A stretch of 64,000 bases of DNA from Eledone cirrhosa (Eukaryota). The notes beneath the pieces are model-generated. The model saw only the letters and a program-made list of their open reading frames with translations, was not told the origin of the DNA and ran no database searches. The stretch lies in assembly GCA_964016885.1 (NCBI GenBank), contig OZ024740.1, positions 269,700,001-269,764,000 on the forward strand. Direction: 5' to 3'. A program made the position numbers and the translations under genes. Of this stretch, positions 1 to 12,283 are shown one piece after another; within the stretch, counting starts at the first letter, position 1; each line of letters starts with the position of its first letter.

Positions 1-118
1 ATCCACCCCGTAAGGATGAAAGGCAAAGTTAACCTCGGCGGGATTTGAACTCAGAATGGCAAGCGCCGTAACTCTATGCGTCAAAGCATGGCGTCCGACC
101 CTCTACCGATACTGCCAT
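1..118 (-). mobile_element. tRNA-derived SINE (family S1), cut by window edge
   Basis: Minus strand reads TGGCAGTATCGG (A-box-like) ... GAGTTCAAATCC (B-box) ... GCCGAGGTTAACTTTGCCTTTCATCCTTACGGGG core. Many copies in the window. Confidence 0.85.
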
Positions 119-457
119 GATTTCTTATTTAGCCACAAGGCCGGAACATTTTTCAAAATCATCGCAAATTCTCAGAAGATGAAAGGAAGAAATACTTTTG
201 GTAGAGGTGTAGCGTTATGGATGTGCCATCAAGAATGGCGGAACCTATGAAAGAAGGGCTGTTATTTGAATATATAACTAGTAGTTATAACTAGTAGTTA
301 TAACCTGTTGAAACAGCTCAATGAATGAATGAGATTAAGGGAAATTTTGTGCTGATTAGACAGTTTTAACTACCTGACAGGTATCGAAAGAAAATGAACA
401 AAAAGGTTCCAAGCAGTAAAAAAATTGTTCAAATATTAAGATGGAATGGCTCTTCCA

Positions 458-640
458 GCGCATCTCCCTTACCATCCTCCGGGGAAACGCCGTCTCTATT
501 CTGTCCGCAGGGGCTGTTGGGCAGCCAGCACGTAGGACCCTATTTGCTCACAATACAGAGATATGGGAAGGCGAGAGAGATGGAGGCAATGACAGTCAGT
601 GTTCGGCTCTTCCTTGTTCGGACACATTGCACCTGTCATG
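458..640. repeat. Unclassified GC-rich interspersed repeat, copy 1
   Basis: CCAGCACGTRGGACCCYATTTGCTCA block recurs at ~37690 and ~56470. GTTCGGCTCTTCC block recurs at ~37767. Confidence 0.7.
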
Positions 641-689
641 TAGATCATGTGATATTTCTTTTTACTTGTCACCCATTCACTCACCCACT

Positions 690-759
690 ACAGACATTCT
701 TTGTCGTCATAAATCCGAGTAAATCTCGAATCAAAACAAAGGAAACGAAGGGTAACAAT

Positions 760-795
<36 letters not shown>

Positions 796-1837
796 GCAAC
801 AACAACGCATCATCAATGATAGTGAAATGAAAATGCTTGTAAACGAAACAAAATCCGGCAACACCACTGCGTCCAAAAACAAATTGGAGTGTGCCACCAC
901 AAACAAAATGACAACAACAACAATAACAACAGCAACAACACTAATAACAACAGCAACAGCAACAGCAGCAGCATAATAATAACAACGACAAAAAAACAGC
1001 AACAGTAACAACAACAGCACCTGCAGCAACAGCTGCGAAAACTGTGTAATTGTACCAGATAGACATTACAAGGAAGAATGTTTGATTCAGGCTGCCAAAC
1101 TTTTGACAAAACCTCGTCCACCATATGTGTTCTGTCTGAGGTGTTGGCAGCAACAAAGAAAACGACTCAGCTATAGATGTATTGGCATTAAGTTCAAAAA
1201 GCCGGAACTGACACCAAAATCCCGGGTGGAAGCAGCTATGAAAGGCTTAATGCCGGATCCAATGCATGGCAAGGACCAAGCAGTGTGGTTTATCAGTCGT
1301 GCAAAGCGGTCAGTGAAAATTCCACACTAGAGTTCTATAGCGGACTAGAGGTGGGCAAGTACGACTTTCTCGGAGAGGCTCTAGGCCACGATGAAATTGA
1401 ACTAACCAGTCTGTTTCAGAGAGCTTTCGAGCTGGGGATTATAGAAACATTCCAGAAATCCCTGGCTTGCTAATGTGACCGGGAGGCACTGCCGGTTCGA
1501 GATAACCTTTTCAAGTTCGACCTTGAAAGGATGATCAGGATGGAGAAGGAAGTGCTTCCCCCTCTCCAGTACATTTGTTAAAAGGTTGATGAATGTAGCA
1601 AGGATGACTCGTGGGAATATGCCTACTCTGACCATGCGTCTGTAAGCTGAATAAATTGGAGAGGAGGGTGATTTATTGGTGTTCCTGACTCACCCCTTGG
1701 GGATACTCCACCTATTGAGAAATTCTGCTGTTATATAATTTATTGTTATAATTTATTTACTGGATTTTTTAAAACCCTCATGTCCTTGTCTTTTGTATTG
1801 TCCCCTATATGTAGGCCCTTGTGGCCAATAAAGAACA

Positions 1838-1882
<45 letters not shown>
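690..1882 (+). mobile_element. Heavily deleted L1/Tx1-clade remnant with 3' UTR and (TTA)n tail
   Basis: 1330-1630 matches the 3' end of ORF2 of the 7-18 kb elements (TTCCAGAAATCCCTGGC, CTGCCGGTTCGAGATAA). Ends in GCCCTTGTGGCCAATAAAG + (TTA)n. The ORF1-like low-complexity 5' part is tentative. Confidence 0.7.
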
Positions 1883-1883
<1 letters not shown>

Positions 1884-2025
1884 GTTGCATTTATCTTGCT
1901 TTATGTTCATACGAGTTATCACCAAGTCACAACCAGTGACCTCAAGAGACAACAAGGTCCGCCATGTTCAAGAAAGAACATACATACTCACACATGCATC
2001 TTTAGTGTTTAGACTTGTGATGTAC

Positions 2026-3465
2026 TTATATTGACAGAATCTTCCTTAGTATATGGGCAGTTCCCATTAGTACTATCTTTTGTATTTCTCCTATACGCGG
2101 GTTTCCTGGGATTTGCGATAAGTAATCATTAGACCCCTTAGGTATCATTCCCAGAGCGCCTACAACCACTGGTATTGTTTTAGTTCTCAATTTCCACATT
2201 TTTCCAATTTCTATCTCCAGGTCCTTATACTTGCTCAATTTTTCAAATGTTTTTATAGATACATTCTTGTCTATTGGAACAGACATATCAATTAGCAGGC
2301 ATACCCTCTTTTTAAAGTCCTTCAATATTATATCAGGTCTATTTGCATCTATTTTTCGGTCTGTTTGGATGCTAAAGTTCCACAAGATTGAGATGTGATC
2401 TTTTTCAAGTATGGGAGGTGGTTGATGCTCCCACCAATTCTTTTGATGGGGCAGTTCAAAATGCTTACACATTATCCAATGTATGTATTGTGCAGCTCTG
2501 TCATGCCTGTTTAGGTATTCGGTTGGAGCTATAGGACTGCACATTGAAATTATATGGTCAATGGTCTCTGGTTGTTTTTTGCATACACGGCATAATGGGC
2601 TGCATCCATTTTTTATTATGTTGGCTTGGTAATTTTTTGTTGGCAGACACTGATCTTGTGCTGATATAATCAGTCCTTCAGTCTCCGATTTCAGTCCAGA
2701 GGATGCCAACCACTGATGGGTTAAAGTTTTGTCAACATCAGGATTGTTAGCTCGCTCTGGGTATTTTCCATACAGAGGCTTTTCTTGCCATTTCTTAGCC
2801 AGTTTCTGTAGCAGTTCTTTCTTTGCAGTTACTTTTACCTGCTTTGCTTTTTCTGTGTTATCCATTTCAGCAGTAAATGGGACTTCTGAAATTTGTAGTC
2901 CATTACTGTATCTTTGTGCATCTTTTGTAATGGAATATGATCTTTTGATGCTTTCGTGTTTCAAAACGAGTTTGATCATCCAATCATGTGATTCCCTTAG
3001 ATATGTAGATAATCCAATTGTTGCAGTTTTCAACGCAATGTCTAACTGGATTAACCCACGTCTTCCTTCTTTCCTAGGGAGATATATTCTATCTATATCT
3101 GCCTTAGGGTGATGCATTCTGTGCATGGTTAAGAATTTTCGAATTTTTGTATCGAGCCTACGGATCTCTGTGCTTGACCAGTTGATGACATTGTAACTGT
3201 AGGTTACTACTGGTATGGCAAGCGTGTTTATGGAATCGATCCTATTCCTTGCATTCAATTCCGTTCTTAAGATTGCTCTTATTCTGCGGTAACATTCCTT
3301 CCTTATCATTTCCCTCATTGTCGAGTGCTTGATTCCGTCTCCTTCACAAACACCTAGATATTTGTAAGTTTCCTCTTGATCAAGTTCTCTTATCACATTC
3401 CCCCGATCAAGATTAATGTCTGAACTTTTCAGCAGCTTCCTCTGGTGAACGTTGCTTTGGTGCAT
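2026..3465 (-). pseudogene. R4/Dong ORF C-terminal part: RT thumb, CCHC finger, restriction-like endonuclease
   Basis: YKYLG; CRVC...ETIDHIISMC; RHD; NRPDIILKD...LIDMSVP...KLSKY. Confidence 0.92.
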
Positions 3466-3857
3466 TTATCTAGTCCAAACTCCATTTTAATGTCATCACT
3501 GAACTGCTCCACAGTGGATAATAGCCCTTGCAATTGTTCATCATTTTTTGCAAATAGTTTCAGGTCATCCATGTAGAATAAGTGATTAATGGTTTTGTCA
3601 TAGACTTTATATCCATGTTTTGTTTCATTGAGCATTTTACTTAATGGTATAAGTGCGATGCAGAATAAAAGCGGTGATAAAGAGTCACCCTGAAAAATTC
3701 CACAATTAATATTAACTTCTCCAGCTTCTAGTGATACTTTTTCTTTATTCAAAAGGAGTGTCGTTTTCCATGTCTTCATACTGAATGACAAGAACCTTCT
3801 GACAACGGGAGATATTTTGAAAATCACTAAACATTTTTCAATCCAACTGTGTGGCAA
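3429..3857 (-). pseudogene. R4/Dong RT core fragment
   Basis: GIFQGDSLSPLLF, FYMDDLKL, FGLDKC; frameshifted relative to the neighbouring pieces. Confidence 0.92.
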
Positions 3858-3858
3858 A

Positions 3859-4662
3859 CTATCGAATGCTTTTTTTATAATCTATCCAAGCAATTGATAG
3901 ATTTTTGTGTCTATTATGACAATCTACCAGTATCATTTTGTTAACCAAAAGCTGATCCTTACAGCCATATGAGCCTCGTTTACACCCTTTCTGCTCATTG
4001 GGAAATAGGCCATTTGTTATCAGGTGGTCATATGTGTATTCAGTTAGGACTGATGTTAAAATGTTATACATTGTGGTCAAGCAAGTTATCGGTCTGTAAT
4101 TTTTGGGATTGTTTGTCTCATCATTCTTCGGAAGCAGGAATGTAATGCCGTTAACTAGCCATGATGGTATCTTTTCTGGATCCTTAACTATTTCATTGTA
4201 AAGTTGGGCTAATAGCTCATGAGACTCTGTGAAGGCATTTATCCAAAAAATTTGTATTTTGTCTTTTCCTGGGGATTTCCATTTGCTGGTTTTTCTAACA
4301 GCCAAACGCAACTGTTCAACTGTTATATTTTCCCATATTTGTTCCTCAAGGTGAGCTGTATCTTTCATTTGTCTGTCTATCCATGGGGCGTGTATATTAT
4401 GAATTTTTTCTTCGGCCCAGATCTTTTTCCCGAATTCTTGCACTTCCTCCTTGGGTGGTATTGATTTAGCAGTTATTGTGGACTTACCAATTTTTCTGTA
4501 GAATTTTCTTTGGTTGTTTTTGAACATATTATTGTCCTTATAGAATCTAGATCGTTTTTCAAAGCGCCTTATACGAGCAGCTTTTGCCGACACTTTTTGC
4601 TTGATTATTTCTATCAGCATGCCTATGTCATTTGTTGATTTTATACTGTATTTTCTTTTCAA
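3859..4662 (-). pseudogene. R4/Dong RT N-terminal fragment
   Basis: KWKSPGKD, NYRPITCLTTMY, EQKGC, AWIDYKK. Confidence 0.9.
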
Positions 4663-4709
4663 TTTTCTAAGTTTAGTATGTTTAACATGTTCACCTACTT
4701 TGTAGTTTG

Positions 4710-5675
4710 TTAAATTTCTATGTCAGATCGGAGAAGGTTTATTTGGCGATTGATGTTCTCTTGCCAAGTAGATTTCTTGTGGGAATTTCTTTGGTTTTTC
4801 ATTTTCACTCCACATACGTGAGTGGTGACTTTAGCCGATGCATAATAGAGATGATTTAAATCAGTAATGTTTAGTTTGTTTGTGATGATAATGTTTTTGA
4901 GAATTATGTTAGTTTTGTGTGTTATCTTTTGGTTCTGTTTGGAGTTCTGGATCTTAGGGATGGTGTCTCGTTCCGCCATGTCAGATTCTTTCATTTTCAT
5001 CCATTCGATCATAATTTCAACCTTCAAGTTGGCAAGTTCATTCTCATTAATTTCTTTATCATTTACGATCTCATTGTTTTCATTTTGAGTTTCATCTTGA
5101 GCATGCACTCCCTCCACTTTTTCGATCCTTTCTTTAATTTGTTCTGTTGTCAGTGATTCCGCCCCAACCCTGGGATTCGAAGTGTTACAATTTGCCTCGT
5201 TTTCACTGACACATGTTTCATTTTCCCTTCGCTGACTTTGTGCTAATAGCTTGATCTGATTAATTTCTATATCAGTTAGTAACATTTTTTTAACAATATT
5301 TCTTCGTATATTGGCTAGTTTGTTACTGTCAATATAGCCTCTGTTTTCGGGATGTTTCTTTTTCCAGTTGATATATGTCTGTTCTGTATTCGATGTATTT
5401 GATAGGTAGTCCATGGCAGTGTAGAAAGCCTCAAGGACTTCTTTATTATCTTCCCTTGACAATTTTTCTCTCTTTTTCTTTGGATTTCTTGGTGGTGAGC
5501 ATGGAGGGCCAACAGTAGGAGTATTCCGGTTATGGGAGGTCTCCAGCTCCGAAATGATGGGAAGGTTTGAACCATTAGCTGATTTTTCGACCCCAGTCTG
5601 GTTCCTCTCTGAGGGACGCGGCCCTTTTTGACCCGGGTGACGGCCGATCCGGTATGAGATTTTATCATATGACAT
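4710..5675 (-). pseudogene. R4/Dong ORF N-terminal region
   Basis: 321-aa ORF collinear with and upstream of the RT pieces; ends at a premature stop. Confidence 0.75.
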
Positions 5676-6424
5676 TTACTTTATTTTGTCGCGTTTTATC
5701 CTTATCCGCCAAGGGGTAATCATTTCGTGTTACCACTTCTAGGACGAGTGTCAACCAAGTCTAGAGGGGTCGTCCTCCCCTAGAGACACGTTATTCCCCG
5801 CCGGCCGCAATCCCGGTATTTCTTGGTCACGGGGTTTTCTTTTTTGTTGTTTTTTAAATTGTTATTATCATGAGTGGTTCCTTAATGTGAGTATTGCGTG
5901 GCTTAAGAATGAAATTATTATTAATAATATAATATACTTTTTGCTGAAGTTGCCTGTTATTGTTGTTGGCTATGTCGGTGGTGGTGCTGGGACTTTTTCT
6001 ATTGTTGGTGGGGAAGGGGAGAGCCAGCAGTGCCATAGTCGTTGACGTTTGACCGAGTCACTAAGTCCGTCTATTTAGATCTTTTGCTAGCCTCTCCCTT
6101 GCCTAGTGATACCGCCACCTTCCCCTTTCTTAAGTTAACAGAAGGTAATGGGGGAATAGTGGTGGTAGCAATGAAGGAGTGGTGGCGGCGTGATGGGATA
6201 GTGGTAGCAATGATGGATGGAGTGGTGGCGGGGTGACTATAGTGATGGCGTTGTCGTTACTGAGTTTTGTTGAATAGACTGTAGTTTGTTTGATCTGTGT
6301 ATCTATGCAGTTTGTCGCGTATGTTTAATATATGTGTTGACATATTTTCTTAATATTTGAATTAAACATTTTGAGAAAACTTGAGATACAATAATAGTAA
6401 TTATTATTATTATGCTTTCCAACA

Positions 6425-6565
6425 TAGTTGCGTCCCTTTACGATCTGAGTTCAAATCCCGCCGAGTTGACTTTGCCTTTCATCCTTACGGGGTCGATAAA
6501 ATAAAGTACCAGTAATGCACTGGGTGATTGCTGGCCTTGTGCCTAAAGTAGAAACAATTATTATT
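6425..6565 (+). mobile_element. SINE S1, 5'-truncated
   Basis: B-box, core and GTAGAAACAATTATTATT tail. Confidence 0.85.
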
Positions 6566-7046
6566 ATGCTGGGATTGGTGGTGGTGGTGGTGAAATTGCC
6601 GTTATCTGGCTGTTGAATTTAGTGTACACAGAGGGGTGATGTGATAGGTGGTGTATCTAGTTTGTGGTGTTGGTGAAATTGTTGTTTTTTGGCTGTTCTA
6701 TATAGTGTAGACAGAGGGGGTTTTCTTCCATTTATAACCATTTTCGTTTTTTAATATAAAATTTATATTACAAAATTTAATATTTGAGCGATATAACAGG
6801 ATGTTATGGATCCGAATTTTCTGAAAGTTGAGTCTGGTTCTTTATGTATCATTTGTACTAAGAATTGTTATATCACAATTGTTTTAAATATGTTAAAAAT
6901 CAAAAACTTACGGGAGCGATTTCATGACTCAAATCCAAAAGGCCTTGGGGTGAGTCTGGGCACGCAAAACCCACATCACCCGAGGTAGAAATTACGCCTA
7001 GTATACGTACTTTTCACCACTCCCCCAGAAAGCAAAGTTTCACTCT

Positions 7047-8218
7047 TTGGAAACCCTAAAGAGTGAGGAGATAGTCTTGGTGCCCTCATACTGCGGGCAG
7101 AAAATTGTGAGGGTCAAACTGACCCATGTTCCACCCGACGTGCCCATACCTTGGCTGGCCGCGTCTGTCCTTGCTGGAATCGAGAACAGGGCGACCATGC
7201 TGCAAGTAGAACAAATAGGGAGAGAGAACTGGTCAGGTATAGGCATGCAAATGCTTATACAGGAATGTACCAGGAATGTATCGACGCTATCCCCGATATC
7301 ATAGACATCGAGGAAGGACTCCAACTCCCTATAAGTGTAGAAGGAAATCGGCCAAAATGTTATCTCTGTGGGTCGAAGGGTCACCTCAGGGCCTATTGCC
7401 CGCAGAAGACAGCGAAGAAGGCCCCTCTCCTTCCAATACCTGGTCCGCTGCTACCAAGAGCAGGGCAAGCAACAAACGAACAAGCCCCTTCCACGGTGAG
7501 TAGGAGGGAAACGTCTGTAGCACCCGTACCAAGGCCACGGACAACTAAAGCAGCATCATCAGTAGCGGCAACACCAATAGCTACATTTGAAGTAGCTACA
7601 CCAGCAACAACATTGCCGAAGAGGGCTCCACTACCATCCCCAACAGCCGTGGAGCACATACCCCTCGCAGACGCCACAGAATCCGACATGGAGTTTGAGG
7701 CGGGAGTGAAGTGGCAAACGGTCTGCCACAAAAAACAAAAAACAAAAAAACCCTTAGATTCACCCTCCAAAAGCGAAGGCATAGAAAGAGGGGTAAAGGC
7801 AGCAAGGAAACTTGCAGCAACACCACCACCATCACCACCACAAACACCAACAACACAAACACAACAAGACACACACACCAAACAGCAACAAGAAGAAAAC
7901 AGCAACAAAATCACCCCTCCCCCCCAAAAGTACACAGTCATAAACATGGCAAAAAAAGAACTCATACAATATATAAAGCAGCACACAGGCATCACAGAAA
8001 AAAACTACTACACCCCACCAACACCAAGAACTCTCCCGACAAACATAAGCATCATCGAAATCTCAATAGAACAGTACATACCTTTAAAACAAAAATTCCC
8101 CAACGCAGTTGGAGACTTCAGAAGGTCGGTTACCAAGAGGATATACGCTGACATCCTCTTAGAAACACCCATGACCAGCGAAAGAGACGGTTCTACTGTC
8201 CCTTCACCACACGAATAA
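7047..8218 (+). pseudogene. Tx1 ORF1 (CCHC knuckle, P/T-rich linker, C-terminal domain), frameshifted
   Basis: CYLCGSKGHLRAYC; ORFs 7047-7304 and 7151-8218 are each homologous to parts of the ORF at 12754-13710. Confidence 0.85.
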
Positions 8219-8259
8219 GGTAAGTGACCCTTTCTCACTTGTCCCGTTTCTCATCCAAC

Positions 8260-11200
8260 ATGGCTGTACTCAGAATAGGCAGTATAAATGCACGTGGCCT
8301 TGGGTCATCTTGGAAGCAGGGTCACCTGCTCAATGACCTCAGGTCACTAAACATAGATGTGGTGGCCATCAGTGAAACCAGAATCTCCGAAGCACAAGCC
8401 TTCGCACCGATCTTGGTGGCTACGATGTATACGCATCTCCCAGCCGTCCAGGATCGGGGGGAGGGGATGCCGTCCTTTTTCGGAGAGGCTTGGATCTCGC
8501 GATACGGGCCATCATCCTAGACCCAGAAGGTAAGTCGGTGGTGCTGGACGTGACGGGCAACGAAGGCAATGCTTTCAGGCTATAAGCCGTCTACGTCCCA
8601 ACAGGGGCATGACGGCCAGATTTCTTCAGACGTCTAGAGACCTTTCTTGGAACGTCCCGCTCTTTAGTGTTAGTGGGCGACTGGAACGGTATCTTGGATG
8701 CACGCTGGGATCGTGTGGGGCTAGTGGATAGGGGAGGAGGGTGCAAGAGCCTCACCAACCTGCTCAGACGTTTGAACTGTCTGACAGGTATCGACTGGAT
8801 CACCCGAATGTGCCAATGTGGACATGGACAAACCGCATCGGGTCATTCAGATCGTATCTCGATAGGGTATTCTGCAGAGAACTAGATAAGGCTAGTATAA
8901 GTTGTCCACAATTTAAAATAGTCGACTACACAGACCACAAATTTGTGATCGTTGAGATCGACATAGACAGACTTCATAGACAAGGGCCTGGTCACTGGAA
9001 GCTGAACGCGCCTTTCCCGGCGCGTAAAGCCTTCAGTGACCGGATTAGCGTATTAGTTAAGCCGGCGTTGACGGGAGCGGTCGTCAACAACAGGTGGTGG
9101 TTCGCCCTGAGAAGGGCAATTAAAGTAGAGTCGATTAGGTTTAGCAAAGGAATAGTGATAGACGAAAATAGAGTAAAGGGAGAGCTAGTCAGAAAGCTAG
9201 AAGAGGCGTTTAGGACAGGCATCGCAACCGACGTGCTTGCAGCGAAATTGGCGTTTGACCAATTCTTCAATGCAAAGCACGAAGGCTGCGTTTTCAGAGC
9301 TAGAGCGCGTGCTCTAAAACACGAGGGGACAAAAGCCGTCCAATGGGCCCAGGTGGCAGAGGCGCGACGTGGCAACAAAGCCACAATTCGGTCTTTGTCT
9401 GACCAAAACGGGTGCGTGATGCTCGAACCCGAGCGGGTGTGTGAAGCTTCTCAGCAGTACTTTGCTGAACTGTTCGGGAGCGGCGGCGGACCGGATCGGG
9501 GCATGAACTTCAGTGCATACCTCGACGGACTGCCTCGGCTCTCGACGACCGGAACACAGTGTTGCGAAAAGCCAATAACAGCCGGTGAAATACGGGAAGC
9601 GATGGCTAACTGCATAAGGGGTAAATCGCCAGATTTAGATGGTCTGCCCTACGAGCTTTATCCATTTATGCCAGACTTGGTCGGTGACCTTTTGGCAGAC
9701 GTCTACTGCAACTGGCAGCAGAACGGGAGCATTCCCAGTTTTGTGAGCCGGGGAGCAGTGGCGCCGCTGAGAAAAGACCCGAACAAGGGGGATGTTATCT
9801 ATAATTACAGGCCCATAACCCTGCTAAACGCAGAGTTCAAGATTTTGGCCAAGGTGTTAGCAACGAGGTTGGAGCTTGTCGTCAAGGGTCTGGCGGGGGA
9901 CGCGCAGACATGCGGCATGCCGGACAGATCCATACACGACAACCTCCAGCTCATGCGATACATCATAGAGAGGGTGGTTAAGGAACCTGGCAAGGGTGGG
10001 GCCCTGATCACTGATCAACTTGGATCCAAAGCATTCGATAGGGTCGACTATCGGTACCTGGCGGCGGTCCTCGAGGCAGCCGGTTTCGGGCCCGTTTTCA
10101 AGGGTTGGATCGCAGCAATTTACAGCGACATCTGCTCAGTTGTGAGGGTGAACGGTCAGCTGTCGCAGCCGTTCAGCATCATGCGCTCGGTCCGCCAGGG
10201 TTGTCCCCTCTCGTCCGTCTTGTACGTATTGGCTCTCGAGCCGTTACTGGGGGCGATGAGGGGCGTCCCACGCGAACTAGGATGCGGGAAATCCGAGTCG
10301 GCTTACGCTGAAGACGTCACCGTGGTGGTGTCGAGCACCAGACACGTCCAGATGCTCGGCACCGCTCTCGAGGAATACGAAGCGGTGACAGGAGCAAAGA
10401 TAAATCAGGAAAAGTCGGTGGGCTTGCAGCTCGGCACCTGGAGAGGCAAGTCCATGCCGTTCGATAGCGTCGTGGGGGGTTGGACGGACGGACCGGTTAA
10501 ATTGCTCGGGGTCTGGTTCGGACCGGACCTCCAGATGGAGTAAAACTGGAATGAGGTGACGAGCAGGGTGGCCTCCCTCACCCAGAAATGGGCTGAGAGG
10601 AAGCTGTCCCTGAAAGGCCGGGCGGAGGTGGCGACTGCGTACATCGCATCCATCATCTGCTACCGCCTCACCGTCGTCCCTTGCTCCAGCCCATCTCTCA
10701 CCAAAATGGAGCGCCTCCTCTTCCGCTTTTTGTGGAAGGGACGCGCTCCCATGTCAGACGATCCATCTGCTGTCAACACCCGTTGCGTGGAGGACTGGGC
10801 ATGCCATGGCTGATGATGCGCAAACATGCAGTGTTGCTGCGACATCTCTGGTGCTTCCTTGATGGTGAACAGGTGTGGTCGCCGTTCGCCGGGCACGTTT
10901 TCCCACAGCTCGTCTCCTTGACGGAGCTGCAGTCCTGTGTCAGAAAAAGACCGAGGGATAGCTCTTGGAAACTGGAATGTCTCCAGGCACTCACTGACCT
11001 CTGCCAGCTGGGCACCAGTATCGGTGGAACATCCACCTCGGCGTTCTATAGAGGACTAGTGGAGGGGAAGAGCGACGACATTCTCGGAGAGATCCTGGGC
11101 GTCGAAGAAGATCAGCTGTTTGATCCCTTCCGGAGAACTTTCAGCCCGGGGCCTATGGATAATTTCCAAAAATCCCTGGCCTGGCAGTGCTACCGGTGAG

Positions 11201-11655
11201 CGCTGCCGGTTCGAGATAAGCTCTACAGGCACGGAAGTGCCGTCAACCGAGCCTGTCCGAGATGCGCGCAGAGCGATGAAACCGTCGTGCACGCACTCGT
11301 TCAATGCCCGAGCATTGCTGACTTGTGGAGCTATGTCTAACAGTTGCTGCCGCGTGTAGGACTGATCCGGTTGTCGACTTAGTCCATTGTGCAGATGGTC
11401 TCGCCGTCTTCCTTCGAGGAGGAAGAGCAGGCGGTTTTCATCTGTCTGGTGGCCATAGCGAAAGAGATTGTGTGGTGGACAAGGTTAAAAGGGTTAAAGA
11501 CAGACACTTTCCTCTTCGGCGAATCCCTAATTAACTTTTTCAAGTTTCACTTGAAGAGGAAAATCAGGGTAGAGAGGCAAGTGCTGCCTTCTAGCAAGTT
11601 TGTTGAAAGGTGGGTGAATGTAGCGAGAATGGTCCGAGTGAATATACATCTGTAG
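8260..11655 (+). pseudogene. Tx1 ORF2: APE endonuclease + reverse transcriptase + C-terminal Zn motif, disrupted
   Basis: GSINARGL, ISET, VGDWN, SYLDRVF, TDHK, GPGHWKLN, NYRPITLLN, RQGCPLS, YAED (mutated YADD), CPRC; several frameshifts and stops. Confidence 0.92.
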
Positions 11656-12283
11656 TTTGAATATACATCTGTAGTTTGAGAGATGGAAACATTGAGAGAG
11701 GGCGCTTGCCCTGGTGGTCTGTGTGGCCGTGGTCTTTTGTGTGGTTTTCGCCACGAGTAACCCTCGGAGGTTTCCCCCCAATTGGGGAATGTTTTATTGT
11801 TTCAATTTTCATTTTTATTGTTTATATATATATATGTTTATATGTCCTTTTTTTTTCTTTTCTTATATAAATAATAAAAATATTTACACGCACAAAACCC
11901 ACATCGTACCGTCCTGTGCCGTCTGTAATGTTTTTCTTGATGTCAGCCCTTGTGGCCAATAAAGAAATCATTATTATTATTATTATTATTATTATTGGCG
12001 ACCTACGTAGTAAATCGTATCATCGTGAGCTCCGCAAAGGTTTGTTATTTCCGTTTGTTAAAAATTGTCATTTATGGGAAATTTTATTGTTAACTGTTTA
12101 TAAGCGCACATACATTGTTTTCCGAAAAGGACACCCAAAAAGATTGGGGCCTTGTGCCCAAAATTTAAACTTTTATTATTATCAAAAAAATTTCTTTGAA
12201 AAAAATGGCTAATTCACCTCTGCACGAAGCAGCTGAAAGCCTTCCTCACAAATTAACACCTCACACCGACACCACCATTGTAA

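Larger units (their letters stand above)
1883..5850 (-). mobile_element. Near full-length R4/Dong-clade non-LTR retrotransposon (RT + RLE), copy 1
   Basis: Single long ORF broken into four pieces with RT motifs (NYRPITCL, GIFQGDSLSP, YMDD), CCHC finger, RHD and PD-(D/E)xK motifs. The 3' end abuts (TTA)n. Confidence 0.92.
7000..11996 (+). mobile_element. L1/Tx1-clade LINE copy A (5'-truncated, frameshifted)
   Basis: Zinc-knuckle ORF1, APE-RT ORF2 with C-terminal Cys motif, 3' UTR, AATAAA and (TTA)n tail. Confidence 0.92.

Noticed and set aside
688-1156. Poly-C/poly-L/poly-V ORFs
   Set aside because: Antisense frames of (ACA)n/(GCA)n low-complexity sequence
8741-10543. 600-aa ORF as an active reverse transcriptase
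   Set aside because: Catalytic YADD is mutated to YAED, and the ORF is cut by frameshifts and a premature stop
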